Source: Pseudomonadota bacterium (GTDB lineage Bacteria; Bdellovibrionota_B; Oligoflexia; Silvanigrellales; Silvanigrellaceae). Taken from it: 64,000 nt of DNA. The stretch is taken from contig JBDLRP010000030.1 of assembly GCA_039799905.1 (NCBI GenBank), positions 1-64,000 of the forward strand, read 5' to 3'. The notes below the pieces were generated by a model. That model had not been told where the DNA came from. It saw only the letters and a program-made list of their open reading frames with translations, and ran no database searches. The first letter of the stretch is position 1; the number at the start of each line of letters is the position of its first letter. Positions 49,978 through 60,029 of the stretch are shown here, one piece after another. The position numbers and the translations under genes were made by a program.

Positions 49978-50778
49978 GTGCTGTCTGCGCCCGCTTCCCA
50001 AGAACCCGTCGTTCACCAGACCCGATGTGCATTCGTTATGCACGGACTCAACACGCACCCGAAAAAAATGTCGGACCTCGCAACTCTTGCAGAAAAGCTC
50101 GGGTTCACCACCACAGTGGGAATTCTGTCGGGTCACCAACCAGACGAAAAAAAAACGACAGATAACCTTGTTTCAGAGAACCAATGGCGACAGGAATTTA
50201 AAGAACAGTGGAGTCAATCTGTCAGCAAGTGCAACGGCCCGTCGAATGAGCGGCTGTTCATCGCATACTCACTTGGGGCCGTTACTGGCCTGAGTGTTTT
50301 TGATCAAGATGACTCAGTTATATTGCCGACAAAGATGATTTTAATTTCACCAGCTCTGGCGCTGCGAAAAAAAACTATTCTCATTCGTGCGCTCAGCTGG
50401 CTGCCGTTTGGCTCACTGCCGAGCGTCAATCATCCGGACTATCGAGCACGACCGAACACACCCCTCAAAAATTACAACGCTCTTTTCAAAATTCACGACG
50501 GATGGAAAAAGTTTCAATGGAAGGCAACCTCACAGATACCGACGCTGGTAGTTTTGTCACCGGACGACGAACTTGTTGACTCACAAAACATCGAACAGTC
50601 ATTGAAGCAGCGACAACAGAGTTCATGGCAGATTCACTGGCTGTCGAACGAAAACTCAACGCTCCGGCCGCGCTATTATCATTTGATCATCGACGAACTG
50701 AGTCAGGGAAAACAACAATGGGACTCCTTCACCGAGGCTGCCGTGCGATTTGCAGGCGGCAAAACGGAGGCAAAGTGA
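49978..50778 (+). CDS. alpha/beta hydrolase
   Basis: MHGLN, AYSLG nucleophile elbow, ISPA, D.LVD, YHL. Confidence 0.75.
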   Translation: MLSAPASQEPVVHQTRCAFVMHGLNTHPKKMSDLATLAEKLGFTTTVGILSGHQPDEKKTTDNLVSENQWRQEFKEQWSQSVSKCNGPSNERLFIAYSLGAVTGLSVFDQDDSVILPTKMILISPALALRKKTILIRALSWLPFGSLPSVNHPDYRARPNTPLKNYNALFKIHDGWKKFQWKATSQIPTLVVLSPDDELVDSQNIEQSLKQRQQSSWQIHWLSNENSTLRPRYYHLIIDELSQGKQQWDSFTEAAVRFAGGKTEAK

Positions 50779-51692
50779 ACAGTGCTGCTAAAGAAACGTT
50801 GACTGGCTCGCGGAAAATGACGATTCTTGCGTGCATATGCGGCATCGCTTTAATTTCGAAACAGGCATTCGCACAACGCGGACTGACGTTGCCGTATCAG
50901 GAACCTGCAAATGGGCCATCGTCTGGAATCAGTGGATTTTTTGACACGAATGTCGTCGAAGAGAAGCATTTCGTGTCTGATTTTCCAACCCTCAGCATCG
51001 ACTACGGACTAGGACGCGACTTGACCATCGGCACTTCGCTGCTGACAGTGATCTCAACAGCGCAGGCTATCGACAACAGCAAGGACAAGCCATTTCAATT
51101 CTTCAATGGAAAGCTCCGCTACCGCCTACTTTCGCATTCTGGATGGACAGCGACATTGACCGGATACTACGCCTACCTTCGCGCGAAAGGACGCCAGACT
51201 GGCGCCACAACCTATCTTCCGGCCGCAACATTCAATGCTGCACGGGAACTGCAATCCGGTTCTGCTGGAGTGTCGCTGTTGGTCGCTCAATTCACAGGCG
51301 AGTCGGGTGCCGAGAACGAGGCAAACTTCACACGCACAGACAAACTCTACCGGCTTCTCAGCGGGTGGTGGCGACCATCGATAACGAACAAAACCGAATT
51401 GGAACTTCTGGCCACCCTCTGCACTCCGACGCAGGCCACGGAGCTATCCAATTTTTCACGCGTCGACGTCTCGCAGTCCTGCTTTTCGGACAAATTGTAT
51501 TCGGGCTTCTTGCGCGGTCTGTTGAGCTGGCGCTCGAGTCAGACCTGGCTGTTGTCCGCAGGTGTCATCTGGACACCGGGCTCGACATCAAAATTCATTC
51601 CGGTTCTCGCAGCCCATCATGTTGCAGGTTTTTTTTCGCGCCCCCCCGCCAATACCATTCAGCCAACAACGGATGCAGACAATGAAGAGTGA
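50775..51692 (+). CDS. secreted, probable outer-membrane beta-barrel protein
   Basis: GTGA overlap with RBS GGAGG, signal peptide AFA, amphipathic strands (IDYGL...LTIGT). Confidence 0.6.
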   Translation: MNSAAKETLTGSRKMTILACICGIALISKQAFAQRGLTLPYQEPANGPSSGISGFFDTNVVEEKHFVSDFPTLSIDYGLGRDLTIGTSLLTVISTAQAIDNSKDKPFQFFNGKLRYRLLSHSGWTATLTGYYAYLRAKGRQTGATTYLPAATFNAARELQSGSAGVSLLVAQFTGESGAENEANFTRTDKLYRLLSGWWRPSITNKTELELLATLCTPTQATELSNFSRVDVSQSCFSDKLYSGFLRGLLSWRSSQTWLLSAGVIWTPGSTSKFIPVLAAHHVAGFFSRPPANTIQPTTDADNEE

Positions 51693-52986
51693 CTTTTTGA
51701 AAATTTTTCGTCTATCAGCGGGCATCTTACTTTCTGGGTGCTCGAATTCATCGCCCCGCGCAGGAGCACCGTACAGGGCTGAGATCCTTTATTTCAGTCC
51801 GTCAACCGGTACCGCTGACGGTCAGTGGACTGTCGGCGAACGTGAGTTAAAAACCCTCGACAATCCTGAGAAACTTGAAGGAAAAAATTTTGAAATTCTC
51901 AGCGGACGTGCCCTGACAATCGACTCAACCATAGGCTCGTTGATTACAGGCCGGGTCAGTGGCAGCGAAAGGAAGAACCCAATCCGCTATGACGTCAGAG
52001 ACGGGGTCATTATTCCCCGCGACAACACTACTCTGCTCATGTTCTCGGGCTTCTATGCGTTTGAACAAGTATTTGAACAAGTCGAAGCAGCAACCGGTGA
52101 AAAGCTTTCTGACCTGACAGACACTGTCGGAGGACGCTATCAGGTGCTCTTTGAACCGACAATTGAAGTCAAAGATTCCGGTGTCGAGGCTCGCGTGTCT
52201 CTCAAGCTGAATGCCGCATTTAACCCACAGTCGGATAACTTCATTCTTTTCCGGAGGTCCGCACTGGAACAAATTCCGCTTGCGGCGAATCTAAAAGTCA
52301 TTTCACATGAGTTCGGTCATGCCCTGTTCAAGCGTTCTTTCTTCAATCAAAAGTTGGATTCATGTTCAGGGATAGACGATGCAGCAATTGAACAGCGCAG
52401 GAAGGAAAAGCTTTTCGACGGACATTTGTCGGTCGAATATGCGATTTCGGGCTTCAACGAGGGTTATTCGGATTTTGTCAGTTACGTTATGACTGGCGAA
52501 ACAAATGCTCTCGTCGGCAGCTTTGGCAACACAGAAGACCGAATCGTGAAAAGTAGATCGCTGACAGGAGAGAAATTTACCTTCGCGCAGCTCGACGGGA
52601 GCCAAATTTGTCCGGCGGGCTTTTACTGCATCGGCACTTTGTTTGCGCGCGGACTCTACAAGGCATCTCAGATTCACGCTAAACAATCAGACGGCCTGCG
52701 AACCTTCAGCCGTCAGGTTTATGCGGCACTCAAAAGCGCGCAAAATTTTCTGAGACAAGGTCCTTCGCTGGATGTGCTTCCGTTTCCATCCAAAGATGCC
52801 GCTGCGTGCAAAGTGCGGCGCGACATCAGCCTAAGTTACGACGGAGCGGTGTCATCTGCGTTTTTGAGTGCGTTTCTGCGCGGCCTGCCCAGCGGCGAAG
52901 AGAAAACACTCCTGTGCATTGAACTATCTGAGCTGTTCGGAACAACCGGATTCGCCGAGGAGGTACGCGGTGTTTGCAATCCTTGA
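51682..52986 (+). CDS. lipoprotein zinc metalloprotease (gluzincin, M4/M36-like)
   Basis: LSGC lipobox, NAAF, VISHEFGH, NEGYSD. Confidence 0.8.
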   Translation: MKSDFLKIFRLSAGILLSGCSNSSPRAGAPYRAEILYFSPSTGTADGQWTVGERELKTLDNPEKLEGKNFEILSGRALTIDSTIGSLITGRVSGSERKNPIRYDVRDGVIIPRDNTTLLMFSGFYAFEQVFEQVEAATGEKLSDLTDTVGGRYQVLFEPTIEVKDSGVEARVSLKLNAAFNPQSDNFILFRRSALEQIPLAANLKVISHEFGHALFKRSFFNQKLDSCSGIDDAAIEQRRKEKLFDGHLSVEYAISGFNEGYSDFVSYVMTGETNALVGSFGNTEDRIVKSRSLTGEKFTFAQLDGSQICPAGFYCIGTLFARGLYKASQIHAKQSDGLRTFSRQVYAALKSAQNFLRQGPSLDVLPFPSKDAAACKVRRDISLSYDGAVSSAFLSAFLRGLPSGEEKTLLCIELSELFGTTGFAEEVRGVCNP

Positions 52987-53527
52987 GACATTGTCACCGC
53001 TCTTGAGTTTGGGCGTCGGGTTTGTGAATTCAAACGTGCTCGATTCTTCTGAACTCACTACGAGTATTCCGGGCTATGAAGTCTTTGCACAGGTTTATGC
53101 ACAGTTGCCTGCAGATAACATCTACCTGCGGCCAGCATTCAGATTATCCTACGAGCCCGAGACAAATGAGGAACTACCCTCGTCGCTTGGCCTGCGCGAG
53201 CAGACCTTCAAGTCGGCCGCCGAACTGGGAATCCTCTACAACAGCATCATCGTACCTGCGATTACACTTCAAGGGGCACTGCTGTCGCGCAGTCTGAAGC
53301 TTTACACCTCGGCACCCGTGAGCGGATCCGGCGCGAACTCCCTCAGCCGTGCGGAAACTCTCTGGCAGGCTGCAGTTACGGCCAGTGTCGGCATTCCTTT
53401 TGCAGGCGGAAGCCTCGTCGTTGAGCCCTATTACCGGCTCGTTGAAATTCAGGGCGACAACCGACAAAGCACCCAATGGGGATGTGATGTCAGCTATGCA
53501 CTGCCAGTTTTTTCACCGGTCAACTAG
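52970..53527 (+). CDS. hypothetical beta-strand-rich (OMP-like) protein
   Basis: RBS GAGGAGG before GTG 52970; alternating strands, ends WG.DVSY. Confidence 0.55.
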   Translation: MFAILETLSPLLSLGVGFVNSNVLDSSELTTSIPGYEVFAQVYAQLPADNIYLRPAFRLSYEPETNEELPSSLGLREQTFKSAAELGILYNSIIVPAITLQGALLSRSLKLYTSAPVSGSGANSLSRAETLWQAAVTASVGIPFAGGSLVVEPYYRLVEIQGDNRQSTQWGCDVSYALPVFSPVN

Positions 53528-53664
53528 CCGAAATATCCTATCTTTTTGAATAAACAGAGTTTATAGTGTCGCGGTCGGAAACTGCACGCCCGAGGTGCAG
53601 AAAGTCATTGCCTTTGCCGATATTTCAAGAGAATGACTGAAGGTCAACAAACTGTGAGGTTGTT

Positions 53665-54720
53665 GTGAAAGAAAACAGTTCGGTTTCGGAATTCTGCGGC
53701 GGTGACAACAAGAATGTGTCGAGAGATCTCCCTGGCGCCATGTTGAGCAAGGCAGTCTCGGACCTACACACAATGCGCGCCGGCCCCGGACTGATCAGGT
53801 TTTTTTCATCACTGACACTCCTCTTTGCCGCGCTCTACTTGAGCTACGAATTTTCGACCTCTGATGCGGGATTTTATTTCTTCGCCGCCGTCGCGGGTGT
53901 TTTCTTTGCTGCGGCAGCGGTTACGACACACGACGCAATCCACCACACACTCACAGGAATCGAGTGGTTCGATGAGATCTCTGCAAGGGTCGTTACATGG
54001 CCGGTGCTGTGGCCGCACGGTATTTATTCGGAGCTGCATAAGCTCCATCACAAGATGAACGGCGTTGACAGCCGGGATCCTGAACGGGTGACGTACACCG
54101 AGTCCGAGTATCAGAACGCAAACATATTTGTACGCTTTTATATGCGCAATCAGCTGCCACTGGCCATTTTTCTGGGCGGCGGAATTGGTATGATCATTGG
54201 CCATCTCTCACGCGCCGCTGGGTTCATGAAGCAATCGAAGGGTCTGCGCCGTCAGACGGCCTATGACCTCTTGGGCATTCTGCTGCTCAACGGAAGCCTT
54301 TACGCGCTCGCGGCTGCGCACGGACAACTAGGCAAGGCATTGTTGCTTTATTTCATCGTCGAACGGATAGGCGGTGGCCTCCTTCAACTCCGCGCACACG
54401 TCGAGCACTACGGTTTGTCTGGAAAGCGCTCGAATTACTTTGCCACGCAGCTTCACACGTGCAGAAATATTGAAACCAACCGTGTGATGTCGTGGTTGAT
54501 GAACGGACTCAACTTCCATTCTATCCACCACGCTTTCCCGAAAGTTCCTTTCTACAACCTCGAGGAAGCGACTCGGCGGATGAACGAACTCCTGCAAAAG
54601 AATAACGTGGACACCCTTCCGCAGGCAAAAGGCTACGTCGCGACAGTGGTTAATCTGTCGCGCGAAATGCGACTCATCAATTTTTCTCAGACAAGCTCAC
54701 CTCAAGTTGAGGCTGACTGA
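53665..54720 (+). CDS. membrane fatty acid desaturase family protein
   Basis: His boxes HDAIH, HKLHH, HSIHH..P..P.Y.L; TM helices. Confidence 0.9.
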   Translation: MKENSSVSEFCGGDNKNVSRDLPGAMLSKAVSDLHTMRAGPGLIRFFSSLTLLFAALYLSYEFSTSDAGFYFFAAVAGVFFAAAAVTTHDAIHHTLTGIEWFDEISARVVTWPVLWPHGIYSELHKLHHKMNGVDSRDPERVTYTESEYQNANIFVRFYMRNQLPLAIFLGGGIGMIIGHLSRAAGFMKQSKGLRRQTAYDLLGILLLNGSLYALAAAHGQLGKALLLYFIVERIGGGLLQLRAHVEHYGLSGKRSNYFATQLHTCRNIETNRVMSWLMNGLNFHSIHHAFPKVPFYNLEEATRRMNELLQKNNVDTLPQAKGYVATVVNLSREMRLINFSQTSSPQVEAD

Positions 54721-55674
54721 TCAGGGCAAATAAGTACGAACGGGGCGACGGGCTATAGGCATGTAAGGTAGCCGGCAGTAGTCGTTTGCGAGCCTGCCAA
54801 GATGGTCGGGAATGCAGCTGCGCTCCTCCACGCTGAGCCGGGAGTCTTGGTCTGGAATCAATGTTGATTTGCTCTCACACACCCAACGGCTATTGGACGA
54901 CGAAATACGCAACAATGGCCCGATCCCGAAAAGCTGGTCATGAGTTTTGAGTCCGCAGATGCTCATGCGAGTCGAGTCCTGTTCATGAAGGACAATCAAA
55001 GTCGGTGTGCAATAGACAGCATCTGAAAAAACACTGCTGCACTGCTCTTTGAGCAATGCCGGAATTTGCAACGCCGCACTTCCAATCGGAGACACGACCC
55101 AACTATGCAATCCACGCACGTCGGATCGTGAACTTTCATACCGCCAGTCAAATTCTGTCACGACACATCGACTGTCGGTCTCCTGAAGGAAATCGAAAGG
55201 ACTTCGTGAACTGGCAGTAAAGTGTGCGCAGACGAGAGTTGGAGAATTTTGCAGCGCATGAGAACCCGCATAAACAAAAAGTCCACGGCCGGTCTTGGGA
55301 TTGTGCTGACACTGCAGGACGCGCTCATCCGTGTTTCGGCACACAGGCTGCCCATCCCAGATCAAAACGTCCTGCTGAGGCGCGGAAGAGTCGGCCGCGG
55401 TGTTATCTTCCGCGGTATTGCTGCACACTTTACTCCACAGTTTTTCGGCGACAGATTTGAAGCGATCCAGAGTTGGGTCACTGTCATCGGTGCGCAATCG
55501 ATTGAGCAGGCGGCAATCGGTTGCAGACATTCCTGTGCCCCCGTTGTTATCTGCAGCGCGTAGCAACACGTTCATCGTTTCGGTCAGCGTATCTGCTGCT
55601 GCAACCGTTGAAACGTATCCGGAAATGCCAAAAGCAGACAACGCAAGCGCCTTTGGGATCACTGACTGTGCCAT
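54721..55674 (-). CDS. secreted Cys-rich hypothetical protein
   Basis: Signal peptide, 12 Cys, RBS GGAGG. Confidence 0.65.
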   Translation of the reverse strand: MAQSVIPKALALSAFGISGYVSTVAAADTLTETMNVLLRAADNNGGTGMSATDCRLLNRLRTDDSDPTLDRFKSVAEKLWSKVCSNTAEDNTAADSSAPQQDVLIWDGQPVCRNTDERVLQCQHNPKTGRGLFVYAGSHALQNSPTLVCAHFTASSRSPFDFLQETDSRCVVTEFDWRYESSRSDVRGLHSWVVSPIGSAALQIPALLKEQCSSVFSDAVYCTPTLIVLHEQDSTRMSICGLKTHDQLFGIGPLLRISSSNSRWVCESKSTLIPDQDSRLSVEERSCIPDHLGRLANDYCRLPYMPIARRPVRTYLP

Positions 55675-55752
55675 GTGTAAATCCTCCCTGTTGGACTGAT
55701 TGACAACACTTCACTGCTGACTGCAAAAATTCAAAAGTAAATTCATAAACCA

Positions 55753-55786
55753 CAAAAAGAATTGCCCGCCGTTGAGCAGGCGGGCA
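55753..55786 (-). terminator. terminator
   Basis: TGCCCGCC / GGCGGGCA stem with A tract on the left. Confidence 0.55.
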
Positions 55787-55829
55787 GAGAAAAATGCATT
55801 TATGAAAATTTCTTTAAACCGTTACACGG

Positions 55830-56018
55830 CTATCTGAGAGCTTCCGCCACATGTTGACGTACCGACTTTTTCTTTACCGGTGGCGAAAAAATCGAACTTG
55901 CGCTGAGGACTTCGTCGATGCGGGTTGTCTCAGGCTGTGCTGAGTGTGATCTGACCCAGCCAAGAAAAGCGGCGGCGAACGTGAGAGCGAAAAGCGATGA
56001 GGTCAATCTCATAAGCAT
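55830..56018 (-). CDS. small membrane or secreted protein
   Basis: RBS AGGAGG, hydrophobic N-terminus, downstream terminator. Confidence 0.5.
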   Translation of the reverse strand: MLMRLTSSLFALTFAAAFLGWVRSHSAQPETTRIDEVLSASSIFSPPVKKKSVRQHVAEALR

Positions 56019-56162
56019 CCCGAATCCTCCTACAGACCGATGCTTTTCGAGGTGGTATCCACAAAAGCAAGGTGTGCCAAGAGTTTTTTTATCGCCTATA
56101 AAATTAACAGTAGTTTCATATTTGTAGCAGACAATTCAAAAAAAATTCGTCACGCGGCAGAT

Positions 56163-56819
56163 TCATTCATTGCGCAGGACCGCATCCGCGGAGCGGGCCT
56201 TTTGCAGCATACTGCAGACGTCATCATCGCTGACCTCAGAAAAATCGACGTAGAATTCGCCGACCGCAGAAAAAAGTTTCGCAACGTGAAGGCATTCGAC
56301 TCTGTCCGCAAAACGGGTCATCACCGACATTCCCTCGCTGGATGAGACCGCGACTGCTGCGATGATCTCGGCGGGTTGTCGTCTGCGAGCCCACATCAGC
56401 GCTGCACGCATCGTCGCTCCGGTTGCGACTCCATCATCGACGAGAACTATTCTTTTATCCCTGAGTGAGAGGTGGGGTGCTGATTTGCGCCAGCGGAAAT
56501 CTCTCTGGCGCAGCACTTCCAGACTTTTGCGAAACCAAAGGCGGAGTTGTTCATGCGGGAGATTCAGAACTTCTTCCTCTGGATAGAAATTCCCTTCAAT
56601 ATCTGCAGCGCCGAGCGCAAATTCGGGCGCCAAGGGTGAGGAAACCTTTCGCACAGGGACGATATCAAGCGGACATCGCAGTCCGTGCGCTATCACCAAT
56701 CCCATGGGAACAGCACCTCGCGGCACCGCAAGGACAACCGTTTCGGCGCGCTCGTGCTGAAGAAGCTTTTCCAACAAAAGGTGTGCGGCGTGCTCACGAC
56801 TTTTAAAAATCATAACCAT
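56163..56819 (-). CDS. phosphoribosyltransferase-family protein
   Basis: VLAVPRGAVP, VLVDDGVATGAT, AVGEFY.DF..VSD. Confidence 0.88.
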   Translation of the reverse strand: MVMIFKSREHAAHLLLEKLLQHERAETVVLAVPRGAVPMGLVIAHGLRCPLDIVPVRKVSSPLAPEFALGAADIEGNFYPEEEVLNLPHEQLRLWFRKSLEVLRQRDFRWRKSAPHLSLRDKRIVLVDDGVATGATMRAALMWARRRQPAEIIAAVAVSSSEGMSVMTRFADRVECLHVAKLFSAVGEFYVDFSEVSDDDVCSMLQKARSADAVLRNE

Positions 56820-56931
56820 CCCCCATTGTTGGGCTAATTTAGACCGTGCTGAACGTTGGAACTCAAGGACTTTTCAGAAGGTTCCGAGAATGCACAAATC
56901 GTGACGATATACGATTCAGAGGAGACACCGT

Positions 56932-57384
56932 ATGGTCGTTTCTCGAAGGCAGGATATTTCAGCGCGTTGGACGGCTGTCTGCTCTGTGGCAGTTTTAGCG
57001 GCCACCGCAATATCATGTGGAACTTCGCATCCCGCTCCCACATCTGATGTCTCCGTCAGGCCAACTCCTACGCCAACGGCCGTAGCAGAAGTGAAAGTGT
57101 CCAACGAAGCCGGCCGATATGCTGACTACATTGCCAAAAAACCTATTCCAGCGATTTACAAACCCTACGACCCCAAACTCCTGTTCTACGCTTTGTATGT
57201 AAATTGTGCGGGCTGTCACGATTTCGTGACCGAACTGGCCGAGGTTAAGGATCGACTGAAGAAATACAGTGCCTACGGCTCCATTCAGGACAGAATATCG
57301 AGTGGGTCAATGCCGCCAAACAAGCCCAATTTCGCCACATCAGCTGAAGGCAAGGAACTCCTCGGCCTTCTTAACTCTCTATGA
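56932..57384 (+). CDS. monoheme cytochrome c lipoprotein
   Basis: AISC lipobox, CAGCH, distal SMPP. Confidence 0.8.
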   Translation: MVVSRRQDISARWTAVCSVAVLAATAISCGTSHPAPTSDVSVRPTPTPTAVAEVKVSNEAGRYADYIAKKPIPAIYKPYDPKLLFYALYVNCAGCHDFVTELAEVKDRLKKYSAYGSIQDRISSGSMPPNKPNFATSAEGKELLGLLNSL

Positions 57385-57472
57385 TCATGCCTTTTAATTA
57401 AATTTTTTATCACAGACTCAAGTCAATGCGAAGATCAGCCGATCTCGCTTCCATGGTACAGGAGGCAGATAC

Positions 57473-58606
57473 ATGAGCTTTAAGAATGAAAGCCCAGCAC
57501 AGTCGGATGGTGAAAATATTGCGGCCGCTGTTGAAACCTCCGAAAGGCCCTCGGAGCAGACCTATGCCTCGGCGGTCAAGGCGCACCGTCGGCAGGCACT
57601 CAATCTCTCGCTGGCTGGTGGTCTCGCTGCCGTCCTGGCTGCCTGCGGCAAATATGTTGCACGTTTTGACAAATTCCCCACGAACCTCGACGGCGGCCTT
57701 GGCAAAAAGGGCGACGGTGACGGCGAAGGTATCAACAAACAAGGTGGCGGCGACCAAGGTGCGGTCGATCCGAATAATCCCAACAACGGCGACCCCAACA
57801 ATCCCGTCGACCCGAATACACCGCCCAAACCAGGCCTGAAGCCCGGCACGTGTTTACCGGTGAGCGTGCAAATTGTTGATACATCCGAGAAAGCCGGTAT
57901 TACCGTCGACGACGCAGCGGTGGACGCGCACCAGCACTTTTTTGGCCGTTCGTCTCGATTGCTGGCAATTAAGTTTGCCAGCGGAAAACTGGCGCAAAAC
58001 GATTTCGTGCACCTTGTCGGCAAAGCGAATGCTGCCGACACATCGGGGAAGATCCTTGCCACACGCCGTGTGCAGTCGACTGACCTGAGTAACAACGTTG
58101 CAAAGCTTGTCTTTGAATCTTTGACTCTCATGGGAATGACCCATGTTGACGTCGTTCTTGTTCGACCCAACAGCAAAACCAAAAAGACGCTCGACCTTCG
58201 CCCTGTCCGAGATACGATCGACGGCATGGAAGTGATTGACCTTGCAAAGGCCACACTGAGTAACGAAGAGCTGGTCAAGGTGTTCGACACATTCGAATTC
58301 GGCAAAACCAACCCGCGCATGGGAAATTCCAGCAACGGCACTTCGGACATCGGCGGATCGAAGGTTACGCTCGGGAAACAATTCCAAGTGCGCACTGCCT
58401 ACACGGCTGCAACAGACGGATCAACTTGGAACACTGCGGACATTATTCCGACGAACGCATACCGTGTTGAGGATATCTACGGTGACGTCATTCCGGCCAG
58501 CAGCCACCCCAATCTGTTTGCGAAAATGAACACGTTCATTGTTTATCTGAAAAAGACAGTCGGAAACAAGACGGTTCTCGTGCGGCATTTCATCTTTATC
58601 GGGTAA
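57473..58606 (+). CDS. Tat-exported lipoprotein, hypothetical
   Basis: RBS AGGAGG; HRRQAL, hydrophobic core, LAAC; G/D/N/P-rich linker. Confidence 0.75.
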   Translation: MSFKNESPAQSDGENIAAAVETSERPSEQTYASAVKAHRRQALNLSLAGGLAAVLAACGKYVARFDKFPTNLDGGLGKKGDGDGEGINKQGGGDQGAVDPNNPNNGDPNNPVDPNTPPKPGLKPGTCLPVSVQIVDTSEKAGITVDDAAVDAHQHFFGRSSRLLAIKFASGKLAQNDFVHLVGKANAADTSGKILATRRVQSTDLSNNVAKLVFESLTLMGMTHVDVVLVRPNSKTKKTLDLRPVRDTIDGMEVIDLAKATLSNEELVKVFDTFEFGKTNPRMGNSSNGTSDIGGSKVTLGKQFQVRTAYTAATDGSTWNTADIIPTNAYRVEDIYGDVIPASSHPNLFAKMNTFIVYLKKTVGNKTVLVRHFIFIG

Positions 58607-58628
58607 GGCGACACAAGGGAGATAGACC

Positions 58629-59990
58629 ATGGCAGAATTTCACAGCGAAGTCAGCAGCAGAGAATTAAGGATGGACCGTCGCCAACTGCTCAAATGGACG
58701 GCGGCTGCACTCGCCGTTGGCAAATTCATGAACACGGAAGCGGCGCTGGCCGCAGGCGAATGCACGGCGATTGGCAACCTTGTCGACCTGCCGGAAGGCC
58801 TTAAAGACGTTCCGAGACTCACCAAAGACAACAGCTCAATTGCTGCGAAAGATTTCCTTTATTGGATTGACGGACCGATGAACACGGCATTGAGCGGCTA
58901 CAACGGAAATTTGGGGCAGAACCGCGCATTGGAGACCCGCGCACGGCTGTCGTGTACCATGCACGTCAAGCACAGCTCAGCATCATACATCGAGACAGTC
59001 ATCTTGACCGATGACAACGACAACATCATCGCCCAACAGTATTTCGATGCGAATTCACGTTTGCCGGAAGGCGGTTTTGCGCCCTACGTTATTTTTGAAA
59101 ATCTTGCGCTTGAGAAACAGACGTACAAGGTGTTTTTCATCCAAAACAATGGCGAGAAGCCGGCGGTTGTTTTTGAGCATGTTATCAAGGACGCGCAGCC
59201 AAGCCGCTTCGACTACGAACACCTGAGTCCGCAGGCGCGTGCAGAGCACATTCTCTCAATTCTCACAGATGAACTCAACGATGTGACGCCGCAAACGGCA
59301 AACATCAAGACTTCAGTGAACTATCGCTTTGAAAAGTGGCTCGCAAATGAAGTTGGGGCCACCGAAACCGCTGGAACGGGATTTGTCACAACTCCCTATG
59401 GAACGTGGCAGGACAGCGTACACACGGCACGTGCGCGCATCAATCAAATCTACATTGATGCCGACAACCGAGGTGACTTTGAAATCGTCGTGGACTTCAT
59501 GCACCCCGAAAGCGCAGGCGACGATGCTCACTACATGCGCTACTTCCTCGTTCTCGATCCGGTAGGTCGCGTGCTTGGCGCGGTGCGGCGCATTTCAGGA
59601 GGCGACACGCTGTCGAGTGAACGAGTGCTTATCCGCAAGGGATTTTGGACGCCTGTGAAGACTGAGGTCTACAACAACCTTAGTGCGGTCGAAAAGTCAT
59701 ACAGCTACGGCCATCAACTTAACACAGATGCGATGGTCAAGGGCGATGCAGCCATCAAGCAGGGTGGTGTGATTCCCTATGCGCGTATGCACGTGCGACA
59801 CACTGGAACAGGCGCGGCACAAAAAGTGGACGACTCCGTCCTCGAAAATGGCTTCTGGTTGCCTGCGGACATTAACGACGCCAAGTACAAGCAGCTCAAT
59901 CAGGTCAACATCATCAACTGTCCGCATATCCAAATTCTCACGGACGATAAATTCCACGCCATCGCCCGTGCATGTGTGAAATTACGCTGA
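58629..59990 (+). CDS. Tat-exported protein with SOR/SoxZ-like His motifs
   Basis: DRRQLL...ALA signal; SVH, FMHP, AHYM, DKFH. Confidence 0.7.
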   Translation: MAEFHSEVSSRELRMDRRQLLKWTAAALAVGKFMNTEAALAAGECTAIGNLVDLPEGLKDVPRLTKDNSSIAAKDFLYWIDGPMNTALSGYNGNLGQNRALETRARLSCTMHVKHSSASYIETVILTDDNDNIIAQQYFDANSRLPEGGFAPYVIFENLALEKQTYKVFFIQNNGEKPAVVFEHVIKDAQPSRFDYEHLSPQARAEHILSILTDELNDVTPQTANIKTSVNYRFEKWLANEVGATETAGTGFVTTPYGTWQDSVHTARARINQIYIDADNRGDFEIVVDFMHPESAGDDAHYMRYFLVLDPVGRVLGAVRRISGGDTLSSERVLIRKGFWTPVKTEVYNNLSAVEKSYSYGHQLNTDAMVKGDAAIKQGGVIPYARMHVRHTGTGAAQKVDDSVLENGFWLPADINDAKYKQLNQVNIINCPHIQILTDDKFHAIARACVKLR

Positions 59991-60029
59991 CTGCGCAGTC
60001 GCAAGACTGCTGGTGGCCCTCCCGCGCGC

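Noticed and set aside
49433..50293. ORF 49433..50293 (+) and the upstream extension of 49456..50139 (-)
   Set aside because: DUF1992 similarity begins at ATG 49779 with a good RBS; the extension would overlap the hydrolase gene
57562..58395. Minus-strand 277-aa and 177-aa ORFs
   Set aside because: Antisense to the Tat lipoprotein, which has an RBS and signal peptide
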